From positions 1-56,725 of IMG/VR virus record IMGVR_UViG_3300020468_000008: a stretch of 56,725 nt of DNA. One strand, written 5' to 3'. How positions within the stretch are numbered: position 1 is the first letter of the stretch; each line of letters starts with the position of its first letter. The notes beneath the pieces were generated by a model. It ran no database searches and was not told where the DNA came from. It worked only from the letters and a program-made list of their open reading frames with translations. Made by a program: the position numbers and the translations under genes. The stretch comes from a virus. Taxonomy: Duplodnaviria > Caudoviricetes. This document shows positions 17,101 to 28,400 of this stretch, piece by piece.

Positions 17101-18813
17101 TTACAGCAAGACATATTAAATATGCAAGAACGAAGGCTAATTACAGAAGATAATTTACGGATAAAAAGACAGGAAACATTAAATCCTTTTTTTGATGCAC
17201 AAAGAGCTACTGCTGACGCTACTTTAGCTAGAGAAGCAGCTTTTGAAGATGCTAAGAAAGTCTTGATTGAAGACGAATTTAAAAAGAAAGTACATGCAAT
17301 TAATTTAGAATATGAATTACTTCGTTTAAAATCACAAATTGCTGCAGAAGAGGCCGCAGTAAAAGCAACAGAAGCTAGAAATACAGGTGATGTTAAAGGA
17401 AAGGCGCTTGCGGCCCAGTATGATAAATTAGCAGCAGTGCATTTAGCAATGGGGGAGCAGTATAATGAGTCTGAAAAGCACGCACTTGTTCTTGCTAAAC
17501 TAACAAAAGATCAAGCTATGTCTGAGATTGATTTAAGACTACAATCAGCAGAGCTAGCAGTAACCGCGTTAGAGCCTAGTATACAAGTTATGAAAAAAGC
17601 TGGAGAAGCTTTTTCAGATGGGCTAGGAGACGCAGTTAATGGAGTAATTGATTCTTTAGGAGACTCTACGGTAAAAGCTGCAGATGTTTTAAAAAATGCT
17701 GCAAAAGGAGTTTTAGGCAGTATTCGAGATGAAATGACTGCTCGGTTTATTATTGACCCCTTAAAAGCAAAATTATCTAAATTTTTTGGTGAAGAAGAAG
17801 CAAAGCCTATTACTAAAGAGGATATTGAGACAACTTATAAAACAATTTTGGCAGAAGCAGAGAACGCATTAAAAAACGCAAAAGACACACAAACTTCTGC
17901 TATAGATCAAGCTTCTACAGCGATGCTTGATAAGCTTAAAGAAGCTGGAGAATTCCATGCAAACCTAGTAGCGGCTGCAATGCGCGGGGACGATGCCACC
18001 GTGGCAGATAGAAGAGCCCAAGCTATGAATAATCTTAATGCAAATCAAGCTGTTTTACCAGAGGACTACGTTAAGCCAGAAGTAGAAAATGCCAATAACG
18101 TGGAGGCTCAAGCTACTGCTGCTGCTTCGACCAAGCTTGCCTCCTGTGTGGCAGCTAATAGTGCCCTAAATGTAAATGTTATAAGTACTCCAGAAGGTAC
18201 TACTGCTACACGGGTTAGCAGTGGTCGAGGTCACGGTGCGACAGCAAATAAACCTAAGGAATCCACCACAGTAGCAGATGACATAAAAGAGGGAAGTCAA
18301 GCAGGAAGCACTATACTCAAAGAAGGATTAACAACAGCAGGAAATCAAGTAGCAAATGTTATTTCTTCCAATTTTGAATGGTCAGGGCGGCAAGTAGTTG
18401 CGAGTCTTGTTAGTTCTTTAGCAGGATCAGCTTTTAATTCATTTTTAGGCGCTGTATTTCCTGGTATGGGGGCTGGACTAACAGGCAGATATGGAGGAGT
18501 ATTCGAGTCGTACGGAGGCGGAGGAATTGCACGAGGACGAGAAGCAGGATATCCTGCTATGTTACACGGAACAGAAGCAGTTGTGCCTCTTCCAAATAAT
18601 CGTGCAATTCCTGTAGACTTAAACGGTGCAGGAAGCCAACAAAATAATGTAACTGTAAATGTAAATATGGAAGGAGGTACTTCGTCTGTACAGAATCAAG
18701 GAGCGGATCAACAAGGAGCAGAACTTGGCTCAGTAGTAGCAGCCGCAGTGCAGGCAGAATTACAAAATCAGAAAAGATCTGGCGGAATTTTAAATCCGTA
18801 TGGAGTATCATAA
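14101..18813 (+). CDS. tail tape measure protein
   Basis: 1570 aa, Ala-rich helical, hydrophobic segment near aa 400-455, T5 pb2-like N-terminal GLVGAYATVAASVFALSAAF. Confidence 0.92.
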   Translation: MAKKIEIDIVVNGKMQKATVSAKKLRSALDGVDGSTQSTDRSTRTLDRNLKGAAKTTSNSTKEFSKMSQGMGGLVGAYATVAASVFALSAAFEFLKNAADMAALIRGQELLSSSTGVSMKLMTSNIQDATAGMVAFKEAAQAAAIGQAAGLNADQLERLGRVAKNAGTILGRDVTDSFNRLTRGAIKAEPELLDELGIIIRLERATADYADAINKNVKDLTQFEKTQAVVNAVLDQGEAKFQDVGDAVNNVTQFGAAFRDTFKELSEPIAFVANFIAGAFKDNIMAVGAVMGILGLNIIKAVAPAGPMLMNTAKEGAAARKRLMKAAETQHGSEIAGEVKKGRFTKQILKEIEIDARKKTGKIINMSKMETQAILADLAQIKAQTIRMEAAGKNAFMRMFASWHAQLAFFVVQYGVAMGTLKALTMAVMAVINKLIGAIAIAGLIVMVVELGKQFRKTFLITEQLKDAEESTESLTKKFEKQRDAIVEVNASFVETDNVLTNINRSMSLLSNINLTPLITHTNKFGDAIERLSYVEEQRAKMREKAGRDQIANIGDAGELLGGTTAQAGRRTRDFQVYMPQTAALREDESFGKRAIKTMADLNQETVATSAALRAQTKQMIENIDKGLSPLQAGIERARIQYEQMNSPLAKHAKRLEIIADKSNALAISTTDVGKQNMAYAKGLESSIPHLRKTLELIGNTGLATDASEEAINKLADDIANYQALLDGFDVDAAQEAGRKLQESLLEQVKAMQKTQGEAARLGNAYDAITKAALAFGEASRNFVPKSSNFQGFFSALDEIDRNLNNINTTFEKVANTQFGTLAGEKQPYGPDDKEIAAMKRAAKLTGDFTDAQFDALTPAELQKRLQIFRNALANEHNIIEDKGLEIQIQRVGQKEKALSFERQALNAQFAAEDAQLKVYQIEADLLVLKMSQTAQDDIQKKQTEDKLRLAKEEYELTLRQLMLEERLKPLREAIFNDQMAADLASANKALNTEFSKQIKLQQDILNMQERRLITEDNLRIKRQETLNPFFDAQRATADATLAREAAFEDAKKVLIEDEFKKKVHAINLEYELLRLKSQIAAEEAAVKATEARNTGDVKGKALAAQYDKLAAVHLAMGEQYNESEKHALVLAKLTKDQAMSEIDLRLQSAELAVTALEPSIQVMKKAGEAFSDGLGDAVNGVIDSLGDSTVKAADVLKNAAKGVLGSIRDEMTARFIIDPLKAKLSKFFGEEEAKPITKEDIETTYKTILAEAENALKNAKDTQTSAIDQASTAMLDKLKEAGEFHANLVAAAMRGDDATVADRRAQAMNNLNANQAVLPEDYVKPEVENANNVEAQATAAASTKLASCVAANSALNVNVISTPEGTTATRVSSGRGHGATANKPKESTTVADDIKEGSQAGSTILKEGLTTAGNQVANVISSNFEWSGRQVVASLVSSLAGSAFNSFLGAVFPGMGAGLTGRYGGVFESYGGGGIARGREAGYPAMLHGTEAVVPLPNNRAIPVDLNGAGSQQNNVTVNVNMEGGTSSVQNQGADQQGAELGSVVAAAVQAELQNQKRSGGILNPYGVS

Positions 18814-19319
18814 TGGCTCGTAAGTTCAGTTTTACAATACCAAAACCTGTTGAAAATACTTCTGCAAGTACAGAAGCAGATAAGTTTGCAGATGCATTGT
18901 TTGACGAATTAGTATTACGATTTCCTACTTCAGGTGCGGGGTCTGATGATGCCTATAATAATATTATTTCTGTTTTATTTCCAAGCTCTGCTACAGAAAA
19001 AGAAATAACTTTTGATCGAGGCTTTTCAAAAGAATCAGAACAAAGAGTTCTTACTGCACAGTTTGGGGATGGATATGAACAAAGAATAAAAGATGGTATA
19101 AATACAAAAGTAGAAAAGTTTTCAATGAATATAAATAATCGAACATGGGAAGAAATTGAACTGATTTCTGCATTTTTAGATGTAAAAACTCCAAAAAGTT
19201 TTTCAATTACCTTACAGAGAGAGCCCATTAATGTAGTTTGCGACTCTTATAGTTTAACAGCCGCACAATCTTCAATTCATTCAATAAGTGCAGAACTAAG
19301 ACGAGTTTATGAGCCATGA
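18813..19319 (+). CDS. distal tail protein (lambda gpM-like)
   Basis: AQFGDGYEQRIKDGIN motif; directly after tape measure. Confidence 0.85.
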   Translation: MARKFSFTIPKPVENTSASTEADKFADALFDELVLRFPTSGAGSDDAYNNIISVLFPSSATEKEITFDRGFSKESEQRVLTAQFGDGYEQRIKDGINTKVEKFSMNINNRTWEEIELISAFLDVKTPKSFSITLQREPINVVCDSYSLTAAQSSIHSISAELRRVYEP

Positions 19320-20983
19320 GTATAACAAATACTACCCATCTTATAGCAAAAGAAGCTCAAGATCTTTCAATGGAAAGCGACGAAGCTTTAATTACTCTCT
19401 TTGAACTTGAGTATAATAGTACAACTTATAGATTTCATTCAGAAAATTCTAGTGAAGCCATACAGTTTGGTGGAAATAGTTATTTGGCTTTTCCTATGGA
19501 AGTAAGCGGAATTGAAACTACAAGTGAAGGAGCATCAAATAGACCTAATTTATCTCTTCCAAATGTAAACTCTTTGTTAAGATCAGATTCTGAAATCCCC
19601 TTAAACAATTTAGAAGACTTATTAGGGTCAAGACTTACTTTGAGAAAAACTTTATTTAAGTATATTACTCTTGGAAGTGGATCTTCTCCCTCAAATTCAT
19701 ATGAATTTAAAAAATCTATTTATGTTTTAGATAGAATAACCTCTAAAAATCAATTAATGGTTGTTTTTGAACTAGCCTCTCCTTTTGACTTAGCGGGAGC
19801 AAGAATTCCTGCTCGACAAGTAACAGGAAAATATTGTCCTTGGTATTATAGAGGATATGCAACAGGTAATTTAGAAACTCGAAGTGCATGTGACTGGGAT
19901 ACTCTTGTAAGAGAAGATAAAATAAGCACTATTAGCGCTACTGATCCAGTTAGAGGCATGCAGACGTCAAGTGGTACTATGGGGCTTTCTTTTAATTCTA
20001 GCTATGATGGACAAGGAACCAATGCTGATGGAAGTCAAGAACAATTTGAGGCAAATAGACATTTTAATCTACCTGCTACTACAGTTATAACAAATGTACT
20101 ACTTACAGATCCAAATACGGCCTTAGCAGATCCGGCTAAATTTACAATTAGTTTATCAAAAGGAGCCGCACAACAAGCTAACTCACACCCGAATGGGTAT
20201 GCAATTACTAATATAACTGTAACTCATCCCGGCTCTGGTTATTCTGTAGGAAATGTTATTACATTACCAAGTCGTTTATGGCATTCAGGCACAGACACAA
20301 GTAAAGATACTGTAAGCTATCTTCGAATGAGTGTAACAGCAGTAACTACAGTTAGTGCTGAAGTTTATTTTTCAATTGATGATGAACCTTTTGTTCCCGA
20401 GACTTATTTAAATAGTTTAAGCTTGTCAACTCATAATTCTAGTCAGCAATTTGCAGAGGGAGTTTTTGCAAAAGATAGTAATGGAGAATTTTATTTATCC
20501 ACTGCAGCTGTTCCTGCAAATAATCCTTTACAGGAAGTAAGTGTCTATTGGAAGAAAGTACGTCCTTTCACTATTTGGAATACTGATGCAGTCGGTAAAA
20601 CATATAGTGTAAATTCACTAGATGATAGAAAGAGTTCTTATGTTTATTATACGTTTAATGACCCAATTACGAATACAGTTAAAGGGAATATATGGAAAGC
20701 AATTCAACCACATAATCGGGCTGCTGATGCTTCGGATGGATCTAAAATCAATCCTCCTGGATTGAATTCTCTTTTTTGGGTATCAGCAGATGTTTGTGGA
20801 AAATTATTATCTTCTTGTAAAGCTCGTTATCAGTCTAGAATGATAGGGAATACTTCTATTGTAACAGATACTTCAACAACTCCGAATACAACTGTTCAGC
20901 TTGGCTGGGGAAGTGTCGGTAGGTTTGATACTAAAATTGGCTTGCCTTTTGGAGGGTTCCCAGGAACACGTAAGTTTAGATGA
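19316..20983 (+). CDS. tail tip protein L-like with a large insertion
   Basis: FELASPFDL..ARIPARQ..KYCPWYYRG...C, DVCGKLLSSCKARY, LPFGGFPG; Cys pattern of lambda gpL. Confidence 0.85.
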   Translation: MSITNTTHLIAKEAQDLSMESDEALITLFELEYNSTTYRFHSENSSEAIQFGGNSYLAFPMEVSGIETTSEGASNRPNLSLPNVNSLLRSDSEIPLNNLEDLLGSRLTLRKTLFKYITLGSGSSPSNSYEFKKSIYVLDRITSKNQLMVVFELASPFDLAGARIPARQVTGKYCPWYYRGYATGNLETRSACDWDTLVREDKISTISATDPVRGMQTSSGTMGLSFNSSYDGQGTNADGSQEQFEANRHFNLPATTVITNVLLTDPNTALADPAKFTISLSKGAAQQANSHPNGYAITNITVTHPGSGYSVGNVITLPSRLWHSGTDTSKDTVSYLRMSVTAVTTVSAEVYFSIDDEPFVPETYLNSLSLSTHNSSQQFAEGVFAKDSNGEFYLSTAAVPANNPLQEVSVYWKKVRPFTIWNTDAVGKTYSVNSLDDRKSSYVYYTFNDPITNTVKGNIWKAIQPHNRAADASDGSKINPPGLNSLFWVSADVCGKLLSSCKARYQSRMIGNTSIVTDTSTTPNTTVQLGWGSVGRFDTKIGLPFGGFPGTRKFR

Positions 20984-21684
20984 TTGATTTATTTTTTCAC
21001 GAAATAGAACGTCACTTTTTTAGAGAGTATCCAAAAGAAGCGTGTGGAATACTTGCTGTTCAAAAGGGAAAGCCTCAATGGTTTCCATGTACAAATATCG
21101 CAGAAGAAAATGAAAATTTTGTAATTGATTCTGCAGAATATCTAAAAATACATCGAACTTCAGATATTATAGGAATTATACATAATCATCCAGATAGTGA
21201 CTCAAAAGCTAGCGAAGCAGATATAGCACACTGCAATACTTTAGGAATTCCGTATTATATATTCTCATACCCCGGGATGGAATTAAATACTTTACAACCA
21301 GAAAAAAACTTAGTAGACTTATACGGTAGAGAATATTCTTTTGGAGTTTATGATTGTTTTGAAGCTTCACGAGATTATTTAAAAAGCGTAGGAATAAAAA
21401 TAAAATCTAGAGTATTGTTTGAAGACAACTGGTGGAAAAAAGGAATAGATTATTTTTGCACTGAAATGATGGAAGAGTGGGGATTTAGAGAAGTAAATCT
21501 TGAAAATATTGCTCCAAATGATGCAATTACTTTTTCAGTGCACTCAGATATACCAAATCACTGTGGTATTTATTTAGGTAATGATATATTTTATCATCAT
21601 GCAGAAAGTCGATTGTCATGCCGTGAAAATTTATTTCCGAGTTGGGCAAAATATATAAATAGGGTATATAGATATGCAGCGTAA
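20980..21684 (+). CDS. tail tip assembly protein K-like (JAB/MPN + NlpC/P60)
   Basis: YPKEACG, HNHPD...SEADI, FGVYDCF, PNHCGIYLG...HH. Confidence 0.9.
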   Translation: MIDLFFHEIERHFFREYPKEACGILAVQKGKPQWFPCTNIAEENENFVIDSAEYLKIHRTSDIIGIIHNHPDSDSKASEADIAHCNTLGIPYYIFSYPGMELNTLQPEKNLVDLYGREYSFGVYDCFEASRDYLKSVGIKIKSRVLFEDNWWKKGIDYFCTEMMEEWGFREVNLENIAPNDAITFSVHSDIPNHCGIYLGNDIFYHHAESRLSCRENLFPSWAKYINRVYRYAA

Positions 21685-22408
21685 TGTTTATTTAGAAGGA
21701 GAATTAGGGGATAGATTTATTCCTCATTTAAATATCGACTGTACTTCTATACCTGAGATATTTTCTTGTCTAGATGCTAATTTTTCAAATTTTCGAGAAT
21801 ATTTAGTAGAAAAACACGAACAAAATATAGGTTTTGAAATAGATATTGCAGGAGAAAAACTAGAATACGAACGTGAGTTATTAATGACTATAAATGAAGG
21901 GGATATTACAATAACTCCTCTTCCTGTAGGATCAAAAAGCGGTCCTGCTAAAATTTTAGCAGCTCTTGCAATTGCTTCTCTTTTTCTAATTCCTGGAATG
22001 CAAACTGGAGCCTTAGCGTTAACAGAATCAGCTACTCTTGCATCAGGAGCAACAACAACAGTTCTTACAGGATTTGGAAAATTTGTAGCTATGTTGAGCG
22101 TAAATTTAGCTACTATGGGACTTCAACAAATGATGGCGCCTGATCCTTCTACAGATGCAGACCAAGAGGAGTCTTATTTATTTAATGGTGCAGAACAAAA
22201 TATTATTGAAGGGGATCCTGTACCTGTTCTTTATGGAAAATTAAGAGTTCCCGGCCAACCTATTAGTTTTGAAGTAGCAGGGGCTTCACATAGTAGAAAC
22301 TGGTCTAATGGAGTTACTTCAGGAAGTGGCAATACTGATAGTGCAAATGGTAACGCTACCACTAATGCAAATGAATCACGAGTGCGCACGGTGCGGAGAG
22401 ATAGATAA
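21674..22408 (+). CDS. tail tip assembly protein I-like
   Basis: VYLEGELG, SYLFNG..N...EGDPVPVLYGKLRVPG. Confidence 0.85.
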   Translation: MQRNVYLEGELGDRFIPHLNIDCTSIPEIFSCLDANFSNFREYLVEKHEQNIGFEIDIAGEKLEYERELLMTINEGDITITPLPVGSKSGPAKILAALAIASLFLIPGMQTGALALTESATLASGATTTVLTGFGKFVAMLSVNLATMGLQQMMAPDPSTDADQEESYLFNGAEQNIIEGDPVPVLYGKLRVPGQPISFEVAGASHSRNWSNGVTSGSGNTDSANGNATTNANESRVRTVRRDR

Positions 22409-25400
22409 TGCCGTTTAGTATTTTAGGAAGAGACAGACGAAAAGCTTACCCAGGCAATAATAGCTTGCGTAGAGTTGTGGGTAGAGGATTTACTGAGCAA
22501 CAAATCTCTCTAACTGATATGATTTCAGAAGGCCCTATTCAAGGATTGGTTCGAGGCGGCGCAAGCATATATCTAAACAATGATAGTATGTTTAATTTTG
22601 ATACTTCTGCATATTATTCAGAACCAGGAGAAAGTATTAAATATCAAAGTCCCTCTAATATTACAGCCAATGCTAAAAAAGGTTTAGCTGAAAATGGAAC
22701 TACCGAAATTGGACATACATTAAATGTTTCCGAGTTTGGAGCAGGATTTATATGGAAAACTGATTCAGATTTAGGACAAAGATTTTTAACTATTTTTGAT
22801 ATATTTTCCATGGAAGGGTCTCTTTGGTCAGATATTACTAAAGAAACAGGATGGGGAAGTTCTTATGGGTATAAAGAAGCAAAATTTAATTGGGATGCTT
22901 CTAATTCTACTGCAACTCCAAATAATTTTCCCGTAGCAGCAAATACTAAAACAAATGCCAATAGATTACTTGGTATGCAAACTCCAGAATCTTCCCTAGG
23001 AAGCGGAATAGATGGCTATCGAAATCTAATAACCAAGGTCACAGTTACAGGAAAAAATGATAGAGTTGTAGATGGAATGCTGACAGAGATAGGTGCGAAT
23101 TATTTTATTGTAAGATTTTATAATTCTAGAGCAAATTTTGTTGTAAATCAAGATAAATCTGAGATAGACGTTTCTTTTTCGCAAGTATATGAAATTAAAA
23201 CTATAGATACTACAGCAAAGACTATAACTATAATCGCGGACCCTCGTAACTCTGCTCCGTATAATGTTGATAACAGACCAGGATTTGACTTTGAAAATAA
23301 AAAATTCAATATTAGTGCTTCAAGAAATCAAGCTGCAGAATCAAAACATAGGTCTTCTGGGTATCAATTTAGAAATGGTAATGTAGAACAAGAAGCAATT
23401 ACAGGATTATATGGTGTAGGAACTACTTCAGTATCTATAGATCCTCCCGGCGAACTTCATGCTGGAGTTTCTAAAACAGTTTCTTTTTCTGGGGCGCAAT
23501 CTTCAGAAATAGATACTGTACTAATAATGTTTAACTATCCTTCGGGTCTTTATGAAATTTTTACAGGAAACGGCGATAAACATAATGCAGGAGCAGGTTA
23601 TGTTATACAAGGAAGATTTTACTATGAATATGGAGCAGATGCTCTTCAAGTAGACAATAGTACCGATGGTAGAGACGGCAAGTTAGTTACTTTTGAAGGA
23701 AATCATGCAATAGAAGCACAAGCGGCTAGTGACTGTAATGAAGCAATGGGGCCAAATAGACCTTTTAGTGTAGTAGAAGGACAAAACGTTTTTGGTCACG
23801 GAGGAAAACATCTAACTGATGTTAGTTTTAGTCATGAAATAAGTTTAGAGCAGTATCAACCCTTTGTAAAATTTGATCTTATTATAACAAGAATTACTAA
23901 TTCTGAAAGTATGACAGATAAAGATAATGGTAGAGCACATACTTGGGGAAATAGCTCTGGACAGAATGATATTCATACGGGACAAAATTTAGCGTGGAAA
24001 TCTAAAGTCGCAAATCAAGCTATGCAGAGTGGTCGCTGCAATCAAATATTTGGAGTTGTACAAGACAAACTAACATACCCTTATACAGCCGTAGCAAATG
24101 TTAATTTTAGCTCACAAAGTTTTGATTCTCCCCCTGAAAGAGGATATGAATGTTATGGAATGAAAGTTCTTATTCCTGATAATTATCAAACAAGAGAACA
24201 AAAAGGACTACTAGCTAATAATACTTTTCCAGATGTAAAAGACTTATACTCAGGAATCTGGACAGGAACTTTTAAAAAAAATAAAGTATATACAGATAAT
24301 CCAGCTTGGATTTTTTATGATTTTATATCAAATAATAGATATGGACTGGGAGAGTTTGTAAAATCTTTAGATATTAATAAGTATTCTCTTTATAAAATTG
24401 CAAGATACTGTGATGAATTAGTTCCTGATGGAAGAGGTGGATTAGAACCTCGTTTTCGAGGTAATTTTTACTTTCAAAAAGCTACTGATGCTTATAAAAT
24501 TCTTAAAGATATAGCAACTAACTTTCGAGCCATGCTTTACTGGATGGAAGGAGAGCTAAGTCCTGTAATTGATGAAAAGAAAACTCCTGTATATGCTTTT
24601 AATAGATCCAATGTAATCGACGGAAGATTTGAATATCAATCATCAGGATCAAAAACTCGTACAAATCAAATTACTGTAAGTTGGAATAATCCTGACGCTG
24701 ACTATAAATTAGAGCCTTTAATAATAGAGGACAGGCAAAATATTCTTAATACAGGAACTTTAGTAAAAGAAGAGGCTACGGCTTTTGGATGCACTTCCGA
24801 AGGACAAGCAATTCGATATGGTAGATGGAAACTGTGGACAGCTATTAATCAAACAGAGGTAGTAAGTTTTCAATCATCTTTAAACTCAGCTTTTTTAACT
24901 GTTGGCGATATAATTACTGTTCAAGATAATCATGACTTTGGAGTATCTTTTAGCGGGCGTGTTTCAGAAGCACAAGCTGGCACAGTTAGTAGTGGGCAGC
25001 GCACTCAGACATTTACAATTGATAGAGAGGTAACAACAAAAGATGGTAATTTATTTGGACTAACAGATAAACAAATTTCATTTTTAGTTGTTGATAGTAG
25101 TGTTATTCTTTCTCAATCAACTTCTGTAACAATAGATAGTGTTGTCTATAATCAAGGGGATAAATTACCTAAAGCATATAACGAAGCAGGTACTTTATTT
25201 ACTTTTACGGGATCCGATAGTGATATTCAAAAATTAGTAAATAATTCATATGATGCGAATGGAAACACTATTTCGGTAGAGTACTTTCCAGAAACTAGAG
25301 TAATTACTGCAGAGATAAATAATAATTGGGTTGGTATTACTCCTAAAGATATTACTGTAACATACCCAGAATCAGAAGATGCAATTGATTTAATAGAAAA

Positions 25401-28400
25401 AGGAACAATTTGGGGTATAAAAGATAATCCTATTACTAAAGAAAGTCCAAAAGAGTACAAAATTATTAGCATCGCGGAAGAAGAAAATAGTGTTTATAAT
25501 TTTACGGGAATAGAATATTATGAAGGTAAGTTTGATACAATAGAATCAAATTTCAACCTAGCTATTCCAGATCCTCTTAATTCTCAAGTCAGTGAAGAAG
25601 TTCCTCCCCCTACTAATTTAAGAATTTTAAGAATCCCTGACTTTAATAAAAATGGGGAAGAAATAATTGTTTCTTGGGATCGTCCAACTAGTGGTCTTTA
25701 TAAAGAATTTGAATTAGAGGATACAACTAAAAATCCTCCTGAATTAGTGCGCTTAGACCAAACTAGCTATCCAATAGATGGCGTACAAAGCGGCTCTTAT
25801 GTATTTACAGTTTATTCCGTAGATGACATTGGAAATAGATCAGTTCCAGTTAGTGCAGAAGTTATTATTGAAGATTTTTACGAAGGAACGCATGAAAGAT
25901 TTAAAGGATTGTTAAAAGGAGGGAAAATAAATTCTAAAGAGCTTATTGTACATGATAGCACTACAACTCCTGGTATTTTTACTGCAGGACTAGAATCTTC
26001 TTCGCCTTTGTTTTATTCTCCGACAGATACAGATGCTATTTCAACTGCTATAACTAATAATACTCATAAAACGGCTGATTGGTATGCTTTGGCCTTAAAA
26101 TTTGCGGAAAACGGACAACCTCATCCATGGTGGGGCCCAAATACTGATGCGAATGACCCTCGTGACTATCCATATGCAAGTGAGGAAGCTTTTCTTGCAA
26201 TTATAGGATATAACACAAGTAGTCCTCGTTTAAGATTAATTAATTTTGTTCAAGACCCTGTATTAAATGTTGATTATTGGTATGATCAAACATATTTAAA
26301 TAAACTTAAATACAATGAAAACTTTCCAAATACATTTTTTGCACAAGGTGAAAAGAATCATATTTGGGGAAATGGAAGAACTAACGGTAGTCATATTACT
26401 CCCACAGAACAAGGACTAGCAACATCAGAACAAGGAACAAATAAAGTAACCCTTAGCACGTCTACCCCATTATCTCTGACAGATATAATTTGGTTTTTTG
26501 GAAATATGGCCGCAAGAATTACCGGAATAGAGGGGTATGATTCGAGCAATAGTACTCAAACTATTTTTCTAGATCGTACTTTTAATACTGTTAGTTCAGA
26601 TATTTCTGTAGCTCAACAACATTCAACTTCTGCATTTATTGATAGTTTTAACCTTCAAGGTACAGATTCAAATTTAAATGGAAAAACACGATTTACAGTT
26701 GCAGATGCTTCAGCTTTCCAAGTGGGTGATTATGTTCGTACTCATTCAGGGGAGTCAACTTCTCACCAAGATAATTCTGTAAGATTTAGAAAATATAGAA
26801 AGATACTCCATATTTTTGACAATGAAATTATAGTAGATGTTGCTTATAGTACAAGTGATGCGTATTCAGGTTGGATAGCCGGAGATAGATTAACAACTGA
26901 GATTACAAATCAACCTTTCATTCTTCCTGAGCTTCGTCCTGATCCTACAGCTGATTTTCTTCTTGGAAAATTAAAGTATACAGGCGGAACTCCTTCCTTT
27001 ACCTATGAAAGTTTTTGTAATGTGCGAACTGATCTCACTAATGAAAAAGCAATTATTGCAGAGGCAAATGTAGCATTTATTCGATATGGGGGAGAAACAA
27101 CTCCGATTCAGTTATCTGACTCAGGAGGAGGGCCTCTGTATCAAAATTTAACTGTCAATATTACAGCGATTGGATATGCAAATCCAGAATTTAATATTGC
27201 AGGTGATAATAGTACATGGACACAACTAACTTCAGCTCCGGGCGATGGAATTATTCCAGCAAACAATACAGCTTTTGTAGCCGGTAGCGCAACAGGAGTA
27301 AAATCTTTTCAAGTTGATACAGGCGCAGGTCTTATTGCATTTGGAGATGGAACTCCGTTAGAATTTACTGTAACTGTAAGAGATGCTAGTGATCCTACAA
27401 ATACTGCTAAAACTATAAGTAATACTGTACTGATAGAAAAAATAAAAGATGGGGCGATTGGTCTCGATGGAAAAACTGCTAGAATAGTTGCAGGTGATAG
27501 TAGTATTTTATATGATAATGTGGGAACAAACCCGAAGTTCCTAGACCCTGATGGTGATGGTTTCATTGATTTTAGTTTATTTTTCAATGGTTTTGTAGCT
27601 CCTCTTTATAGAATAACACTTACAGAGGGAACAGGAAGTCCCGGAACTTTGGCCAATTATGACTGGCGACAAGCGAGTTCTGCTGATACGGATAGTTTTG
27701 AGTTCGAAATTCCTACTACTTTTGTAGCAAATACATATCCAAAAGTATTTAAGGTAGAAGTCGCAGAAAAACCAGATGGATGGACAACTGGAACTGCAGT
27801 AGCTAGTTCAGATATAAAAGCTACTGATGTTACTTCTGTTATTGGTCAAAAAGCAGGCTCAGATGGAGTCAGTATTAGTATACCGAATAGTACTCACCCC
27901 TATAATACAGATAAGTTTGGAAATATAGGCTCAAATGCTACAGAAGTTATTCCAGACTCAGGAACAACAATAGAAGTATTACTTGGAGGCACTCCAGCTA
28001 TTTATGTAGGTAATTCTACTGCTGTGGGTAAGCCGAGCAGTACAACTTTACAAGATAATCAATGGTATTTTGAAAGTATAACAAATAGTGGAGCTGATTT
28101 AACTATTGGAGGTATATCTATAGATTCTTCAGCTACTCCTGCGAATAGTGTAATTAATATTGGTAATCACACTATGTTTAATTTACACTCAAGCAATACT
28201 AATCCTACTGATGATAGAGAAGTAATTACTTATTTAATAAGAGCAAAAATAAACGGGGTTGAAACAGTTAGAAAAGGACTTCAAACTTTAAGTAAATCAA
28301 TTGAAGGTATTGAAGGTTCAGAAATTGTAAATCTTCATAGAATAAATAATAGTCAAAGCTCTCCTGGAACTTTACCCACAGCAAGATATAATTTTACTGA

